Virus record (IMG/VR): IMGVR_UViG_3300049455_000007
Coordinates: 261-64,260 of that record
DNA from: a virus
Lineage: Duplodnaviria > Caudoviricetes
DNA length: 64,000 nucleotides
Reading direction: 5' to 3' (one strand)
Shown: piece by piece, positions 1 to 8,749 of the stretch
How positions within the stretch are numbered: the first letter of the stretch is position 1
Layout: each line of letters begins with the position of its first letter
The notes under the pieces: model-generated
Told to the model about the DNA's origin: nothing
What the model saw: only the letters and a program-made list of their open reading frames with translations
Databases searched by the model: none
Translations under genes and position numbers: made by a program

Positions 1-587
1 GGGGAGTTGTCCTCCACGGTTACCCGCGCCGAAACGCTGACCCAGAAGTTCCGCTTCCTCCCGGGCAGTCCGATGGCGCGCACGATTTCGTCGTACGTGC
101 TGCACCAGCGGTTGTTCTCAGCCAGTTCGTTCAGCCCGTCACCAAAATCCTCGAACCACGTCTGCTCGGTCGCCTGTTCCCGGCGGAGTTCCAGCATCTT
201 CTCGTGGCTGGCGTCCATCTGCGCATCCGTGATGGGCACCACGTCGAAGCGCGCCTTCACCCACACCCTGTCCTCGATGGCCTGTTGCCCGACGAGGGCG
301 CGGACCTCCGGCTCGTCCACCTCATCACGTGGCCGGGTGATGTACCCAAGCGGGGCAAGCAGGCGCTCGCCCTCGAACTCCCCGCAGTAGGTGGCAATGA
401 ACACGGGGGAAGTGTCGTCCAGCGCCGCCTCACTCCAGAGCAGGTACGTCTCCCCGAGTATCGGGTCCGGGTTCTTCAGCGCCAGGCCTTCACTGTCCAG
501 TTCTGCCATCCCGCGGGTGAGTCCCCGGCGCGAGAGGTCCGTGATGTACTCGGGCACGCCGATCATGGCTTCCTCGGTGGTAGTCAT
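1..587 (-). CDS. hypothetical protein, runs off the left edge of the window
   Basis: Manual translation from ATG 587 (MTTTEEAMIGVPEYITDLSRRG...) is open to position 1; RBS-like GAGAGGAAC upstream; absent from ORF track because no stop in window. Confidence 0.75.
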   Translation of the reverse strand, partial: MTTTEEAMIGVPEYITDLSRRGLTRGMAELDSEGLALKNPDPILGETYLLWSEAALDDTSPVFIATYCGEFEGERLLAPLGYITRPRDEVDEPEVRALVGQQAIEDRVWVKARFDVVPITDAQMDASHEKMLELRREQATEQTWFEDFGDGLNELAENNRWCSTYDEIVRAIGLPGRKRNFWVSVSARVTVEDNS

Positions 588-598
588 TGTCGTTCCTC

Positions 599-1525
599 TC
601 AGAAGCTCAGGCCGCGCATGGCGGGGGTCAGGGTTGGGTCGCTGATGGACAAGCCTTGGGCCTTCAGGACTCGGTTTGCATGTTGGGAGAGGCTGTTCAC
701 GTTGAACGCACGCACATCGCTGCTGTTCCCCGCATCCCCCGGGTACATGAAGGACAGGGTGATCCGGGCGTACGCGGTGGTGTTGACGAGCGCGGCATCA
801 CCAGCCCTGTCCATGACCGCACGTACCCCCTCCAGCCCCTGCGAATCCAGCGACCCCATCGAAGGGATGAACGCACTGGCCGTCACCAAGGCCCCGAACG
901 TGGGGGTTGGCAGGCTGTAGTTCTCCGTGAGTTCCACCAAGTCCTCTTCGAGGTCCCGCACCGTCATCTGGCTGATGATTTCCGCCTGCGCCCGGCGCTT
1001 CTGGTAGAACTGCGCGGCCAGCGCAAGCTTTGCGGAGGCCGACCCGACACCATCACTGACCGTGGGAAGCAGGCGTTCCGCCCACGGTGCCGCCTTCACG
1101 TACTGGGACACATGGCATGAACGGGTCGAGAACTCCTGCCCGCCGAGGGTCTGCCTGTCAGAGCGCATGACGTTATTGATCCTGACGAACGGGGTGGCAT
1201 TGCCGAACGGCCTTTCGGCCAGCACCCCCACCACGAACACGTCATCGCTGATGACGCCGACGACCGTGTTGCCGGTGGCTATGGGTGGATTGACCGGTGC
1301 GCCCTGCACATATTCGCCGGATGCGGCGATGTACCAGAGGTAGTGGCCGTCGAAGTACCGCTTGTTCTTGACCTCGACGATCGTGTTGAGCAGTCCATCC
1401 GAGGAGTGACCACCCAGTGACGGCACAAAAACACGGTTCAACCGCTGCACAAGGATTCGCTCCACCTCGACGGTGGGGTCCTGTACGGGGTCGACAAAGT
1501 TGGCGAGGTTGGTAGCCGGATACAT
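599..1525 (-). CDS. hypothetical protein (308 aa)
   Basis: Long ORF, RBS AGAAAGGT upstream, no recognisable motif. Confidence 0.8.
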   Translation of the reverse strand: MYPATNLANFVDPVQDPTVEVERILVQRLNRVFVPSLGGHSSDGLLNTIVEVKNKRYFDGHYLWYIAASGEYVQGAPVNPPIATGNTVVGVISDDVFVVGVLAERPFGNATPFVRINNVMRSDRQTLGGQEFSTRSCHVSQYVKAAPWAERLLPTVSDGVGSASAKLALAAQFYQKRRAQAEIISQMTVRDLEEDLVELTENYSLPTPTFGALVTASAFIPSMGSLDSQGLEGVRAVMDRAGDAALVNTTAYARITLSFMYPGDAGNSSDVRAFNVNSLSQHANRVLKAQGLSISDPTLTPAMRGLSF

Positions 1526-1545
1526 GGTGTACCTTTCTGGTTTGG

Positions 1546-1563
1546 CGGCTGGTCGACCAGCCG
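1546..1563. promoter_or_regulatory. 18-bp palindrome family copy 1
   Basis: CGGCTGGTCGACCAGCCG (perfect 22 bp 1544-1565), intergenic. Confidence 0.65.
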
Positions 1564-1573
1564 CCGATGGATA

Positions 1574-1783
1574 TTACTTGCGTGCGGACACGTTGATCCG
1601 CCCGGTGTACAGCACCTCTGCGTCAGGGTGCGATGACTCAAAGACGATGACGAAGGCGTTGCCGTCGCTGTCTATCTCCGAGATGTGGACAAGGTCCTGC
1701 CCGTCCACTTGGAACGCCACGCTGCGGGTGTCGAAGCGCTTGGCCCCGAACCTCCAGCGCAGCGGTAACCGTGGTGGGGTCAA
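1574..1783 (-). CDS. hypothetical protein
   Basis: ORF with 4-bp overlap to upstream gene. Confidence 0.6.
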   Translation of the reverse strand: MTPPRLPLRWRFGAKRFDTRSVAFQVDGQDLVHISEIDSDGNAFVIVFESSHPDAEVLYTGRINVSARK

Positions 1784-1980
1784 CGCTCCACGTCCTGAAT
1801 GAGGTCGCTGATGTTGGGCACGAACGCCTCATCGAAGCAGGTGCCGCACTGGATGGTGAAGTCCCCGAGCATGTCGAGGTTGATGACCACGTCAGAGCCG
1901 GACTGTGTAAGGTCCAACTCGTTCATGGACATCGTCCCCCCGCAGTCACAATCGGCGATGTATTTGATGCGGATAGCCAT
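1780..1980 (-). CDS. small Cys-containing hypothetical protein
   Basis: MAIRIKYIADCDCGG...CGTC; start chosen at ATG overlapping upstream stop. Confidence 0.65.
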   Translation of the reverse strand: MAIRIKYIADCDCGGTMSMNELDLTQSGSDVVINLDMLGDFTIQCGTCFDEAFVPNISDLIQDVER

Positions 1981-2255
1981 CAGCCCACCACATGGTCGTC
2001 GAGGTAGGTCCGCAGCACCCATGCCTGACGATCCAGCGGGCGCACCCCGGTGATGCGCCCCTCGTACAGGTCATCGGACAGGGAACGCAGGTGTTCCACT
2101 ACCTCCTGCTCTGGCACGCCACCGTGTGCGGCCAGCGCCTCCACGAGGATCGGGTTGTAGTGCGTCCACTGGGAGAACGGCGGGTCTATCGCCGGACGGG
2201 GGACGGGCAGGATTTCCATGGGCTGGGTGTCGACGGACAGGGTGTCGGTGTTCAT
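1980..2255 (-). CDS. hypothetical protein
   Basis: MNTDTLSVD..., RBS GAAAGG, ATGA overlap. Confidence 0.65.
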   Translation of the reverse strand: MNTDTLSVDTQPMEILPVPRPAIDPPFSQWTHYNPILVEALAAHGGVPEQEVVEHLRSLSDDLYEGRITGVRPLDRQAWVLRTYLDDHVVG

Positions 2256-2581
2256 TTGGAACCTTTCGCAATTTGACGCTCGATGGCGTCGGTGATGATG
2301 GAGTGCACGGCGGGGGAACCCTCCTCCCAGTCCACCTCCACGATGTCGTCGGCCAGCGCCCGGAGCTTTGCCGGGACGACCGAGCCTGTGGGGACGGCGA
2401 GGATGATTGGCTTGTCCAGCATCACGGACAGTCCCAGTTCCACCGCGAACTTGATGTCCGGCGGTCCCTCGGGCATGAGGGAAATGGTGAACGCGGACCC
2501 TGCAATCTTGGGTACGACTTCGCGCTCTACGCGCCTCGCCCACTCGATGAACTCCGGGTCGTTCATGATGTCGTCAGTCAT
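2252..2581 (-). CDS. hypothetical protein, weak nucleoside 2-deoxyribosyltransferase-like motif
   Basis: RBS GAAAGGA; segment VELGLSVMLDKPII resembles the ExGxAxAxGKP motif; function call tentative. Confidence 0.65.
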   Translation of the reverse strand: MTDDIMNDPEFIEWARRVEREVVPKIAGSAFTISLMPEGPPDIKFAVELGLSVMLDKPIILAVPTGSVVPAKLRALADDIVEVDWEEGSPAVHSIITDAIERQIAKGSK

Positions 2582-2611
2582 GACATTCCTTTCGGTTGGT
2601 TGGTAGCCGGT

Positions 2612-2882
2612 TCATTTGAACCACCTTAAACAAAAGACACAGAAGTCCTCCGGCAGATGATGTAGCCGACGGGGGAAGCCCCGCTCGGCCACCTGCAGAT
2701 TGTCCCTGCGGTTGATCTGGAACATGGCAGCGATCTCGTTGAGTTCAGTCTCGGTGTCATCTTCCGTAGGGTCCCCGCCTGCATCGCGCCATGCGGTCCA
2801 TGGTTCGTGCAGGGTAAGGACTGCAACGATGTCCCCCTCGCAATAGAGGGCACCGTCCCATTTGTAGGCGGAATGCTGAGTC
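2612..2882 (-). CDS. hypothetical protein
   Basis: In ORF 2612..2905; likely start near MTQHSAYKW (start approximate), downstream of promoter at 2980-3008. Confidence 0.6.
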
Positions 2883-2922
2883 ATTGCCCGTCGTGCTCCA
2901 TTCAAAGTGAAAGGTGCGGTGG

Positions 2923-2940
2923 CCGCTGGTCGACCGTCTG
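2923..2940. promoter_or_regulatory. 18-bp palindrome family copy 2
   Basis: CCGCTGGTCGACCGTCTG, downstream of promoter. Confidence 0.75.
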
Positions 2941-2979
2941 CACCCGGAATGAGGGCATAGTTCTACCCCTCTACTCTCA

Positions 2980-3008
2980 AGTATACCAGACTTGGGAAGT
3001 TTTGTCAA
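2980..3008 (-). promoter_or_regulatory. sigma70/SigA-type early promoter
   Basis: TTGACA-17 bp-TATACT with TG extension. Confidence 0.85.
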
Positions 3009-3029
3009 GCGTGGGTAGGGGTGCGCGCC

Positions 3030-3809
3030 TCACGCACCCTGCGCATGCTGCTCCTGCCCCTGTTCAGGGACCTGTGCCACGGGCTGCTGCTGTTGCTGCT
3101 TTTGCTCCCGCTGCATGCGCTTCAGTTCCGCCATAGCGATGTCGTAGTGGTCGATGTACTGCTGCGGGATGCGGCCCGACGGGGCAATCTCAAACCCCTG
3201 CTCGGCGAGCCACGTCCGTATGTGCAGCCGCTCTTGGGCGGACCTGCCCTCCAGTCCGTGACCGGGCTTCAGCTTCCCCCGTGGCGACTTGTCCTTCTTG
3301 TGGTGAGCGCGCTTCTCGTGCTGTGCCGGTCGAGCATGCCCCCCCCTCGCCTCGTCGAAGTCATCCAGCAAGTGCTGCGGCACCGTCTTGTTCAGCGGGA
3401 GGTCGATGCCATGCGATGCCAGCCAATCCCGGAACGCCTTCCGCTCCGCTGTTGAGCGCCCCGCCATCCCCCTCCCCTCGGTCTGCCTCGGGGCAGGTGC
3501 CTCGGTCAGCGGTCGGCGGACAAGGCGGGGGTACTCATCCAGCGGGTGCACGACCGGCTCGGGCACCACCTCGTTTGCTTCGTCGTCGATTGTGATGCTG
3601 CCATCGAGAATGCGGAGGATTTGTTTCGCGTGCAGAGAGCTACTGTGCACTTCCTCCCCATACCTAATGGCCCGGTCCACACGGTGCTGCAATTCGAGAC
3701 TGCGCTCGATAGCGGCTGACGCAATTCGTGGCAACTGGTCATCGCCCCCCATAGCCATGAGCAAATTGTTGGCCTCAATCAGATCATTGAGTTTCACGTG
3801 GTGTTTCAT
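3030..3809 (-). CDS. Lsr2-like DNA-binding protein with two tandem Lsr2 C-terminal domains
   Basis: AFRDWLASHGIDLPLNKTVPQHLLDDF and HIRTWLAEQGFEIAPSGRIPQQYIDHY match the Lsr2 IREWAxxNGxxVSxRGRIPxxVIDAY pattern; RBS AAGGAAG. Confidence 0.8.
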   Translation of the reverse strand: MKHHVKLNDLIEANNLLMAMGGDDQLPRIASAAIERSLELQHRVDRAIRYGEEVHSSSLHAKQILRILDGSITIDDEANEVVPEPVVHPLDEYPRLVRRPLTEAPAPRQTEGRGMAGRSTAERKAFRDWLASHGIDLPLNKTVPQHLLDDFDEARGGHARPAQHEKRAHHKKDKSPRGKLKPGHGLEGRSAQERLHIRTWLAEQGFEIAPSGRIPQQYIDHYDIAMAELKRMQREQKQQQQQPVAQVPEQGQEQHAQGA

Positions 3810-3984
3810 CACTAGCTTCCTTCCTTTGGTTTCCTGCCTGCGTGAGTAATTCCCGGAGTTGGTACGTGGTGATCTTCCCGACCATCGACCCGTAGGACTG
3901 TTGCCCGAAGTCGGCTTCATCGCAGAGGGCGAGGATGGCCTTCAGCACAGGGTGTGTGCAGTCGTCGGCCCTATTCCGTGTCAT
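3784..3984 (-). CDS. hypothetical protein
   Basis: 66-aa ORF filling gap between flanking genes. Confidence 0.55.
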   Translation of the reverse strand: MTRNRADDCTHPVLKAILALCDEADFGQQSYGSMVGKITTYQLRELLTQAGNQRKEASDETPRETQ

Positions 3985-4285
3985 TGGGGATAACCACGGG
4001 CCGCTGATCCAATGGGCGTGGCCGCTGGGGCGGCGTGCCCTTATGTGTGAAATAGCAGACCTGCAATATCAATGACGTTGATACGCCATACCTAGCCGCG
4101 AGTTCCCTAGTCGGGACACCCTGCTCAAACTCCCGCTGAATAGCGGTCATTGCACCTGCTGCGAGCTTTCGGGGGCGTCCGGATAGAGGGTCAATGTAGC
4201 GCCCCTCGGCTACATGCTGGGCTTGCTCCGAAATGCGTGCTCCTGCCCGCTCGTTGCTGATCCGTGCTCGTTTAGCTGCGCTCAT
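3971..4285 (-). CDS. helix-turn-helix DNA-binding protein
   Basis: IQREFEQGVPTRELAARYGVSTSLILQV HTH pattern. Confidence 0.7.
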   Translation of the reverse strand: MSAAKRARISNERAGARISEQAQHVAEGRYIDPLSGRPRKLAAGAMTAIQREFEQGVPTRELAARYGVSTSLILQVCYFTHKGTPPQRPRPLDQRPVVIPNDTE

Positions 4286-4318
4286 TACTGTGGGATTCCT
4301 TTTGTGGTTGGTGCGTCG

Positions 4319-4336
4319 CAGATGGTCGACCACCTG
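4319..4336. promoter_or_regulatory. 18-bp palindrome family copy 3
   Basis: CAGATGGTCGACCACCTG, downstream of promoter. Confidence 0.8.
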
Positions 4337-4362
4337 CGGTTATGTTTGGACACAACTTCCCA

Positions 4363-4391
4363 AGTCTACATACACTTGGGAAGTTTGGCAA
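4363..4391 (-). promoter_or_regulatory. sigma70/SigA-type early promoter
   Basis: TTGCCA-17 bp-TAGACT; overlaps 12-bp inverted repeat AACTTCCCAAGT. Confidence 0.75.
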
Positions 4392-4397
4392 GTCATG

Positions 4398-4688
4398 TCA
4401 TTCTTCCTCCTCCTTCGGTTTGGTGAGGTCCTTGAACTTCCGCTTCCAGTCCCGGCGGGCTTGGCGTTCGGCGGTCCTGCGCTGCCGTTTGGTGATCCGG
4501 TCCATGGCACGCCTGATCCGCACGTACTCCTCGACCTTCTCGTCGAGTGACCGCAGGTCCGGTGGCTTCGGCAGTTGCTTCGGCGGGTCCGGCGGCTTCT
4601 CCGGCGGCTTGGGTTCACGGCGGATGAAGGGCACGATGAACACGAGCGACATGGCCAGCACTAAGACGATGGCCGCGAGCGTGTTCAC
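4398..4688 (-). CDS. membrane protein with Pro/Lys-rich linker
   Basis: N-terminal hydrophobic helix LAAIVLVLAMSLVFIVPFI; GTGA overlap start. Confidence 0.65.
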   Translation of the reverse strand: MNTLAAIVLVLAMSLVFIVPFIRREPKPPEKPPDPPKQLPKPPDLRSLDEKVEEYVRIRRAMDRITKRQRRTAERQARRDWKRKFKDLTKPKEEEE

Positions 4689-4768
4689 CGTCCCCGCCGC
4701 CACCGCTCGTAGTAGGCACGGATCAGCACCCGCACCTGTTCAATGACACCCTGCTTACGTCGAGCCAT
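4685..4768 (-). CDS. 27-aa basic micro-protein
   Basis: MARRKQGVIEQVRVLIRAYYERWRRGR, read manually; 4-bp overlap with next gene. Confidence 0.45.
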   Translation of the reverse strand: MARRKQGVIEQVRVLIRAYYERWRRGR

Positions 4769-4782
4769 GACTGATTCCGTTC

Positions 4783-5088
4783 TTAGAAGAAGTCGGCTGG
4801 GTCACCATCACCGATCGCCTCCTCGGCGGCGTCGAAGTCGCCCTGATTGATGGCCTGCCGCACCTTTGCCCGGCGCTCCTCCGTGGTGGGCACGGGCTTC
4901 TCCCCGACGATGAGGCGCTGGCCATAGCCGGTGCCGAGACGGCCGACGCTGTTGTGCTGGAAGTGGTTTTCACAGAGGTAGGCCCACGGTCCTTCGTCGG
5001 TCTTGGCGTCATACAAAGCGTCGACCGGACCTTCGGGGTGGGGGTAATTGCACTTCGGTAGTTTGGTGACGTAGGCGGTGTCGCTCAT
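4783..5088 (-). CDS. hypothetical protein
   Basis: MSDTAYVTKLPKC..., RBS GAGAGGA. Confidence 0.7.
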   Translation of the reverse strand: MSDTAYVTKLPKCNYPHPEGPVDALYDAKTDEGPWAYLCENHFQHNSVGRLGTGYGQRLIVGEKPVPTTEERRAKVRQAINQGDFDAAEEAIGDGDPADFF

Positions 5089-5228
5089 GATGGTTCCTCT
5101 CTCTGGTTGGATTGTTCTTCCTCGTCGTCGAGCACCCGTTCCAGCAGGCGTCGGCCCCAAGGTGTTATGTGGTCCGGGCTAATCAGCCGGAGCGCGGCGC
5201 GGACACGGACAATGGTGTACTCACTCAT
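5085..5228 (-). CDS. small hypothetical protein (47 aa)
   Basis: MSEYTIVRVRAALRLISP..., RBS AAAGGA, ATGA overlaps at both ends. Confidence 0.55.
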   Translation of the reverse strand: MSEYTIVRVRAALRLISPDHITPWGRRLLERVLDDEEEQSNQREEPS

Positions 5229-5439
5229 CGCGTTCCTTTCGTGAGTTCCTATACAGACGCAGCGCCCGGTTGTGCGCCGTCCGTGCCCTCACTGCTTCCA
5301 CGTGGGCCGCGCTGATGGCATCCGCCAGCCCGCCTTGGAAGCCCTGAAACTTCGCCGCGATCATGGCTAACTCGCGCTCCGTCACCCAGATCGGAACCCG
5401 GGGCGGCTTGGGTTTGGAAGATGGTCGACCGTCTGTCAC
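5221..5439 (-). CDS. hypothetical protein
   Basis: RBS AAAGGAGG; first codons overlap an 18-bp palindrome copy. Confidence 0.65.
   Translation of the reverse strand: MTDGRPSSKPKPPRVPIWVTERELAMIAAKFQGFQGGLADAISAAHVEAVRARTAHNRALRLYRNSRKERDE
5418..5435. promoter_or_regulatory. 18-bp palindrome family copy 4
   Basis: AAGATGGTCGACCGTCTG. Confidence 0.8.
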
Positions 5440-5591
5440 CGTGGCTTACCTCCTTTGTGTATCAGGGGCTTCGGTGGTGGCCAGACAAGGTCGTTGCGCT
5501 TGACCCGCCCACACCCGGGCACCTCGCAGGTGATGTACCGCGCTCCGTAGAGGAACGGCATAGCACTCATGTAGTGGCCCTCGCGCTTCAT
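5436..5591 (-). CDS. small hypothetical protein (51 aa)
   Basis: Manual ORF MKREGHYMSAMPF... with 4-bp overlaps at both ends. Confidence 0.5.
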   Translation of the reverse strand: MKREGHYMSAMPFLYGARYITCEVPGCGRVKRNDLVWPPPKPLIHKGGKPR

Positions 5592-6604
5592 TGGCCCTCC
5601 CCGTGGGCGATGCCATCGGGCAGCCGCTTCAGGTCCCTGATGTAGCGGTGGAATGCCTTCGCCATCCTGTAGTCAGGGTCCACTCCCACCGCCACATCGA
5701 GGTACTGCTCCGCATCCAGCGTCCGTCCCTGCATCCACGACATCCACGCCTGTGCCACGAGCAGAGGCAGGCGGTGCCGGTCGCACGTCCACTGCATGAG
5801 GTTGGCGATGAGTGACGCCGCCGCCATCACCCTTTCGGGATTGGGTTGGATGTCGCTCTGTCCGGTGATCGCATCCCCGAACTCCATGGGGTCCATGGTG
5901 CTGCTGATCGTGTCCACCATGAGCCGGTCACGAAGCATAGGGTTCTGGAAGCAGGCAATGAGGCGCACTGCCTCCGGTTCGGTGGCCCCGAATCCGCGCT
6001 GGAGCAGTGACTCGTACAGCGCCCGCTCCTCCGTCACGTACGGCATGTGCCATGCGTCCTCGATACGGCGGGGGTACTCGGGTATGCGTGCCACCCTTTC
6101 GTCGATGGCCTCCGTCACCTCCTCGGTGAGCGCCGTCGGCTCGGGAATGACCAGCCCCTCCGGCTGGAGCGGGATTCCATTGAGAACCAGTGACGCGGCC
6201 AACTGGGAGTCCTTCACCTCCTCGATGTCATGCCATTGGCCGCTGCCGTACACGTGATACCGCCCGCCCTTCACCAGCACCCCGGGGTTCACGGTCATGG
6301 GGGTGAGGGCATCGAGCGCCAGCATGGTGAGTATGTTCACGTGCTCGTATGGTTCGTGATCGCAGCCCGACTCAGTCTCGGTGTAGAACACCATCACCAG
6401 CGCTTCCGGCTTCAACTCCAACATCTGCGTGATGATGGCAGAGACGTACTCGGCAATGTTCTCCTCGTCCCGCAGGTGCTCCATGCCCAGCGCGGCCTGC
6501 ATCTGGTTGTCCTTGATGGTGATGAGGACCAGTATCTCCTCCGGCTCACGGTTCATGAGCGTTGGGATCAGCGCGAGTAAGTCAGCGGGTGTGGACAGTT
6601 CCAT
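5588..6604 (-). CDS. DUF4192-like protein
   Basis: N-terminus LSTPADLLALIPTLMNREPEEILVL and C-terminal helical region (AWMSWMQG...A...DPDYRMA) fit DUF4192 pattern. Confidence 0.7.
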   Translation of the reverse strand: MELSTPADLLALIPTLMNREPEEILVLITIKDNQMQAALGMEHLRDEENIAEYVSAIITQMLELKPEALVMVFYTETESGCDHEPYEHVNILTMLALDALTPMTVNPGVLVKGGRYHVYGSGQWHDIEEVKDSQLAASLVLNGIPLQPEGLVIPEPTALTEEVTEAIDERVARIPEYPRRIEDAWHMPYVTEERALYESLLQRGFGATEPEAVRLIACFQNPMLRDRLMVDTISSTMDPMEFGDAITGQSDIQPNPERVMAAASLIANLMQWTCDRHRLPLLVAQAWMSWMQGRTLDAEQYLDVAVGVDPDYRMAKAFHRYIRDLKRLPDGIAHGEGQ

Positions 6605-6606
6605 GG

Positions 6607-6957
6607 CTACTCCGTGCTTTCGTTTGCAAGCGGGATAGTGTCCCCGCGATTAAAGTACAGCGGCGCGTTTGGCATTTCCCTGACCCAGACGGTGGGGATG
6701 GGCGCGCGCATATCCACTGAGGACACCGTGAACACGTCACCGAGGATGAACACCCGGGTCCCGGCCCGGAGGGTCCTGATGGGGGTGTCCTCCCCCTCCC
6801 GTGGGTCAGGGAGGAGGCTGTCCACGTCAAAGCGGAGGGCCTGTAGTGACCGGACGAAGCTGTCGATCGCATCATTGATCGACCCGATCGACCCGAATTG
6901 GGCGAAAGGGTCGGGCACCCGCGCCTCCGGGTCACCCCAAGGATCGGAGGTGGTCAT
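6607..6957 (-). CDS. hypothetical protein
   Basis: MTTSDPWGDP..., ATGA overlap. Confidence 0.6.
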   Translation of the reverse strand: MTTSDPWGDPEARVPDPFAQFGSIGSINDAIDSFVRSLQALRFDVDSLLPDPREGEDTPIRTLRAGTRVFILGDVFTVSSVDMRAPIPTVWVREMPNAPLYFNRGDTIPLANESTE

Positions 6958-7478
6958 GGCCGTGGGGAGTCGGTCGACCAGTTGGCGTTGTCCCGCAACA
7001 CGCCCCGGTATTCCGGCGGTACGTCCCCGCCACACCACAGCCCGCGCTTGGTGATGGTGATGCCGTCCGCGATGATGCTGAACTCCCGCCCGCCATACCC
7101 ATGCTCGGGTCCCCACGTGTAGACCGTCCCTTCAATGACCATGAGTTCGCCGTTCGCATACTGTGCCATGCGCCCGGTCCAGAACACGCAGTGAAAACAG
7201 ACAGTCCCGCCCTTGGTGAGGTAGTTGGCATCGGGCCGGAACCGCAGGCCGCAGTTGGTGCATGTGATGACCGGCCAGTTCCTGCGCGGGCCGGGGTCCA
7301 CCGCCCTCCACTGTGACCCGCCCTCGGTGCCCGTCCACTCGGTGATCCACAGGTGCCCGCCACTCCCTTCGAGTGGCATGGTCTGGTGCGGTCCGATGTG
7401 CCCTTCATCCCGGGTGCAGGTGTGCACCTGCCGGTCGTAGAACAGAGGTTTGCTGACGTTGCCGCAGATCATGGTCAT
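6954..7478 (-). CDS. Cys/His-rich hypothetical protein (CxxC pairs)
   Basis: CTNC, CFHC motifs; RBS CAGGAG. Confidence 0.7.
   Translation of the reverse strand: MTMICGNVSKPLFYDRQVHTCTRDEGHIGPHQTMPLEGSGGHLWITEWTGTEGGSQWRAVDPGPRRNWPVITCTNCGLRFRPDANYLTKGGTVCFHCVFWTGRMAQYANGELMVIEGTVYTWGPEHGYGGREFSIIADGITITKRGLWCGGDVPPEYRGVLRDNANWSTDSPRP
6967..6984. promoter_or_regulatory. 18-bp palindrome family copy 5
   Basis: GAGTCGGTCGACCAGTTG. Confidence 0.65.
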
Positions 7479-7807
7479 TCTCCTGTCGCCAATGACCGCA
7501 GGATGCGGGCCATGAGGTCGGTGTCATCAGTGCCAATGAGTGACGAGGTCAGTTCGATGATGGCCCGGTCGTATTCGGTGTTCTCCCCGCCATCGCTGAG
7601 CAGGTCAGCCGCATTCATGAGCACGGTGTATGCCCGGATGTGTGGCTGCACCTGCAACCGGGGGAACTGCTCGTGCGTCATGCAGTCCGGGCAGGTCACA
7701 TCCGTGGGGAAGGGGGAGTAGCGCGTGACATCCGGCGACTCGCAGGCAATGAGGGGTGGTGTCTCTAGGTCCAGCGCATAGTGGATCAGTGTCTGGTTGG
7801 CAGCCAT
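7475..7807 (-). CDS. hypothetical protein
   Basis: ORF in tightly packed operon. Confidence 0.65.
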   Translation of the reverse strand: MAANQTLIHYALDLETPPLIACESPDVTRYSPFPTDVTCPDCMTHEQFPRLQVQPHIRAYTVLMNAADLLSDGGENTEYDRAIIELTSSLIGTDDTDLMARILRSLATGE

Positions 7808-7813
7808 TGGGTT

Positions 7814-8215
7814 CTACTTCCTTGCAGTTGGTCGACCAGTTGCCGTGGGCTTCCGGCCATTCTTTATGAGTTGCTTCGTCGTTCGCGAGCGCACAATCCT
7901 TTTAACGGCACGCACGAACATGCGGTGACCGCGCTCGGCCTCCGCCAGCGTGGAGTACCTGTTCATGAGGTTCTCGAATCCGCCCATGTCGTCGTCCTCG
8001 AAGACAATCGTCTCGAAGATCAGTGGCGGACCGCCGGGCCAGAAGTTGTGGTCCAGACCCAGCCACACGGTGGACACCCGGTACATGTGGCCACGCAGCC
8101 GGATGTAGTCGAGGCTGATATGCCGGTCGTGCTCGAAGGCACGCGCCCACTCCATCTGCGTCATGGGCCTGCCGTTCATGGCGTAGTAGCGCGGGCCGAA
8201 GTCCTCAGCCCTCAC
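7814..8215 (-). CDS. hypothetical phage protein
   Basis: VSTVWLGLDHNF...PPLIFETIVF; start at GTG approximate. Confidence 0.65.
   Translation of the reverse strand: MRAEDFGPRYYAMNGRPMTQMEWARAFEHDRHISLDYIRLRGHMYRVSTVWLGLDHNFWPGGPPLIFETIVFEDDDMGGFENLMNRYSTLAEAERGHRMFVRAVKRIVRSRTTKQLIKNGRKPTATGRPTARK
7825..7842. promoter_or_regulatory. 18-bp palindrome family copy 6
   Basis: CAGTTGGTCGACCAGTTG. Confidence 0.75.
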
Positions 8216-8366
8216 GGCTAGCCGCCAGCCGTTCGATGATGGCATCCGCCGCGTCCCTCAGCGCGAGCAGGTCCAGCGGGTCCGGGTCCTTGCCCCGGAT
8301 GTCATCCCTGATGATGCGCCGGGCGATGGCGTTCAGGTTCCGGTTCAGTGAGCGCATGCTGGTCAT
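8205..8366 (-). CDS. small hypothetical protein (53 aa)
   Basis: Manual ORF MTSMRSLNRNLNAIARRII..., ATGA overlap. Confidence 0.55.
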   Translation of the reverse strand: MTSMRSLNRNLNAIARRIIRDDIRGKDPDPLDLLALRDAADAIIERLAASREG

Positions 8367-8746
8367 GGCAGCACCATCTGCTCCCCGGCCGGGAAGTAGT
8401 GGCGCTGGAACCGCCAGCCCGGGGTAAGGGTGGACCAGTACAGGCCGAACCGTTCAGTGGCAATCTCCCGTGCCCGCTCGTAGTCCGGTGCGGTGATGCG
8501 CACCCAGCCCTTCGCGTTGCAGTCAGCCCACAGCGGGTGAACCTCGCTGTTGTACTGCACCCCGAACGTGAGGAAGAAGTCATTCCCGGTGGCGAGTTGC
8601 CGGGTCCGGGTGTACGCAGCCTTCCGGGCAAGGTGCACATACGCCACGGTGAGGCGTGTGGTGTCCGTGGGGCGGGTGCATGGCTGTCCTGCGGGGACAT
8701 GGCAGGCAGGGCAGGGCACGGCGGCGATGACCTTGGCGGTGTCCAT
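8363..8746 (-). CDS. zinc-finger protein
   Basis: CPACxxxxxxxC...HLAR, same pattern as 51732..51893. Confidence 0.65.
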   Translation of the reverse strand: MDTAKVIAAVPCPACHVPAGQPCTRPTDTTRLTVAYVHLARKAAYTRTRQLATGNDFFLTFGVQYNSEVHPLWADCNAKGWVRITAPDYERAREIATERFGLYWSTLTPGWRFQRHYFPAGEQMVLP

Positions 8747-8749
8747 GGC

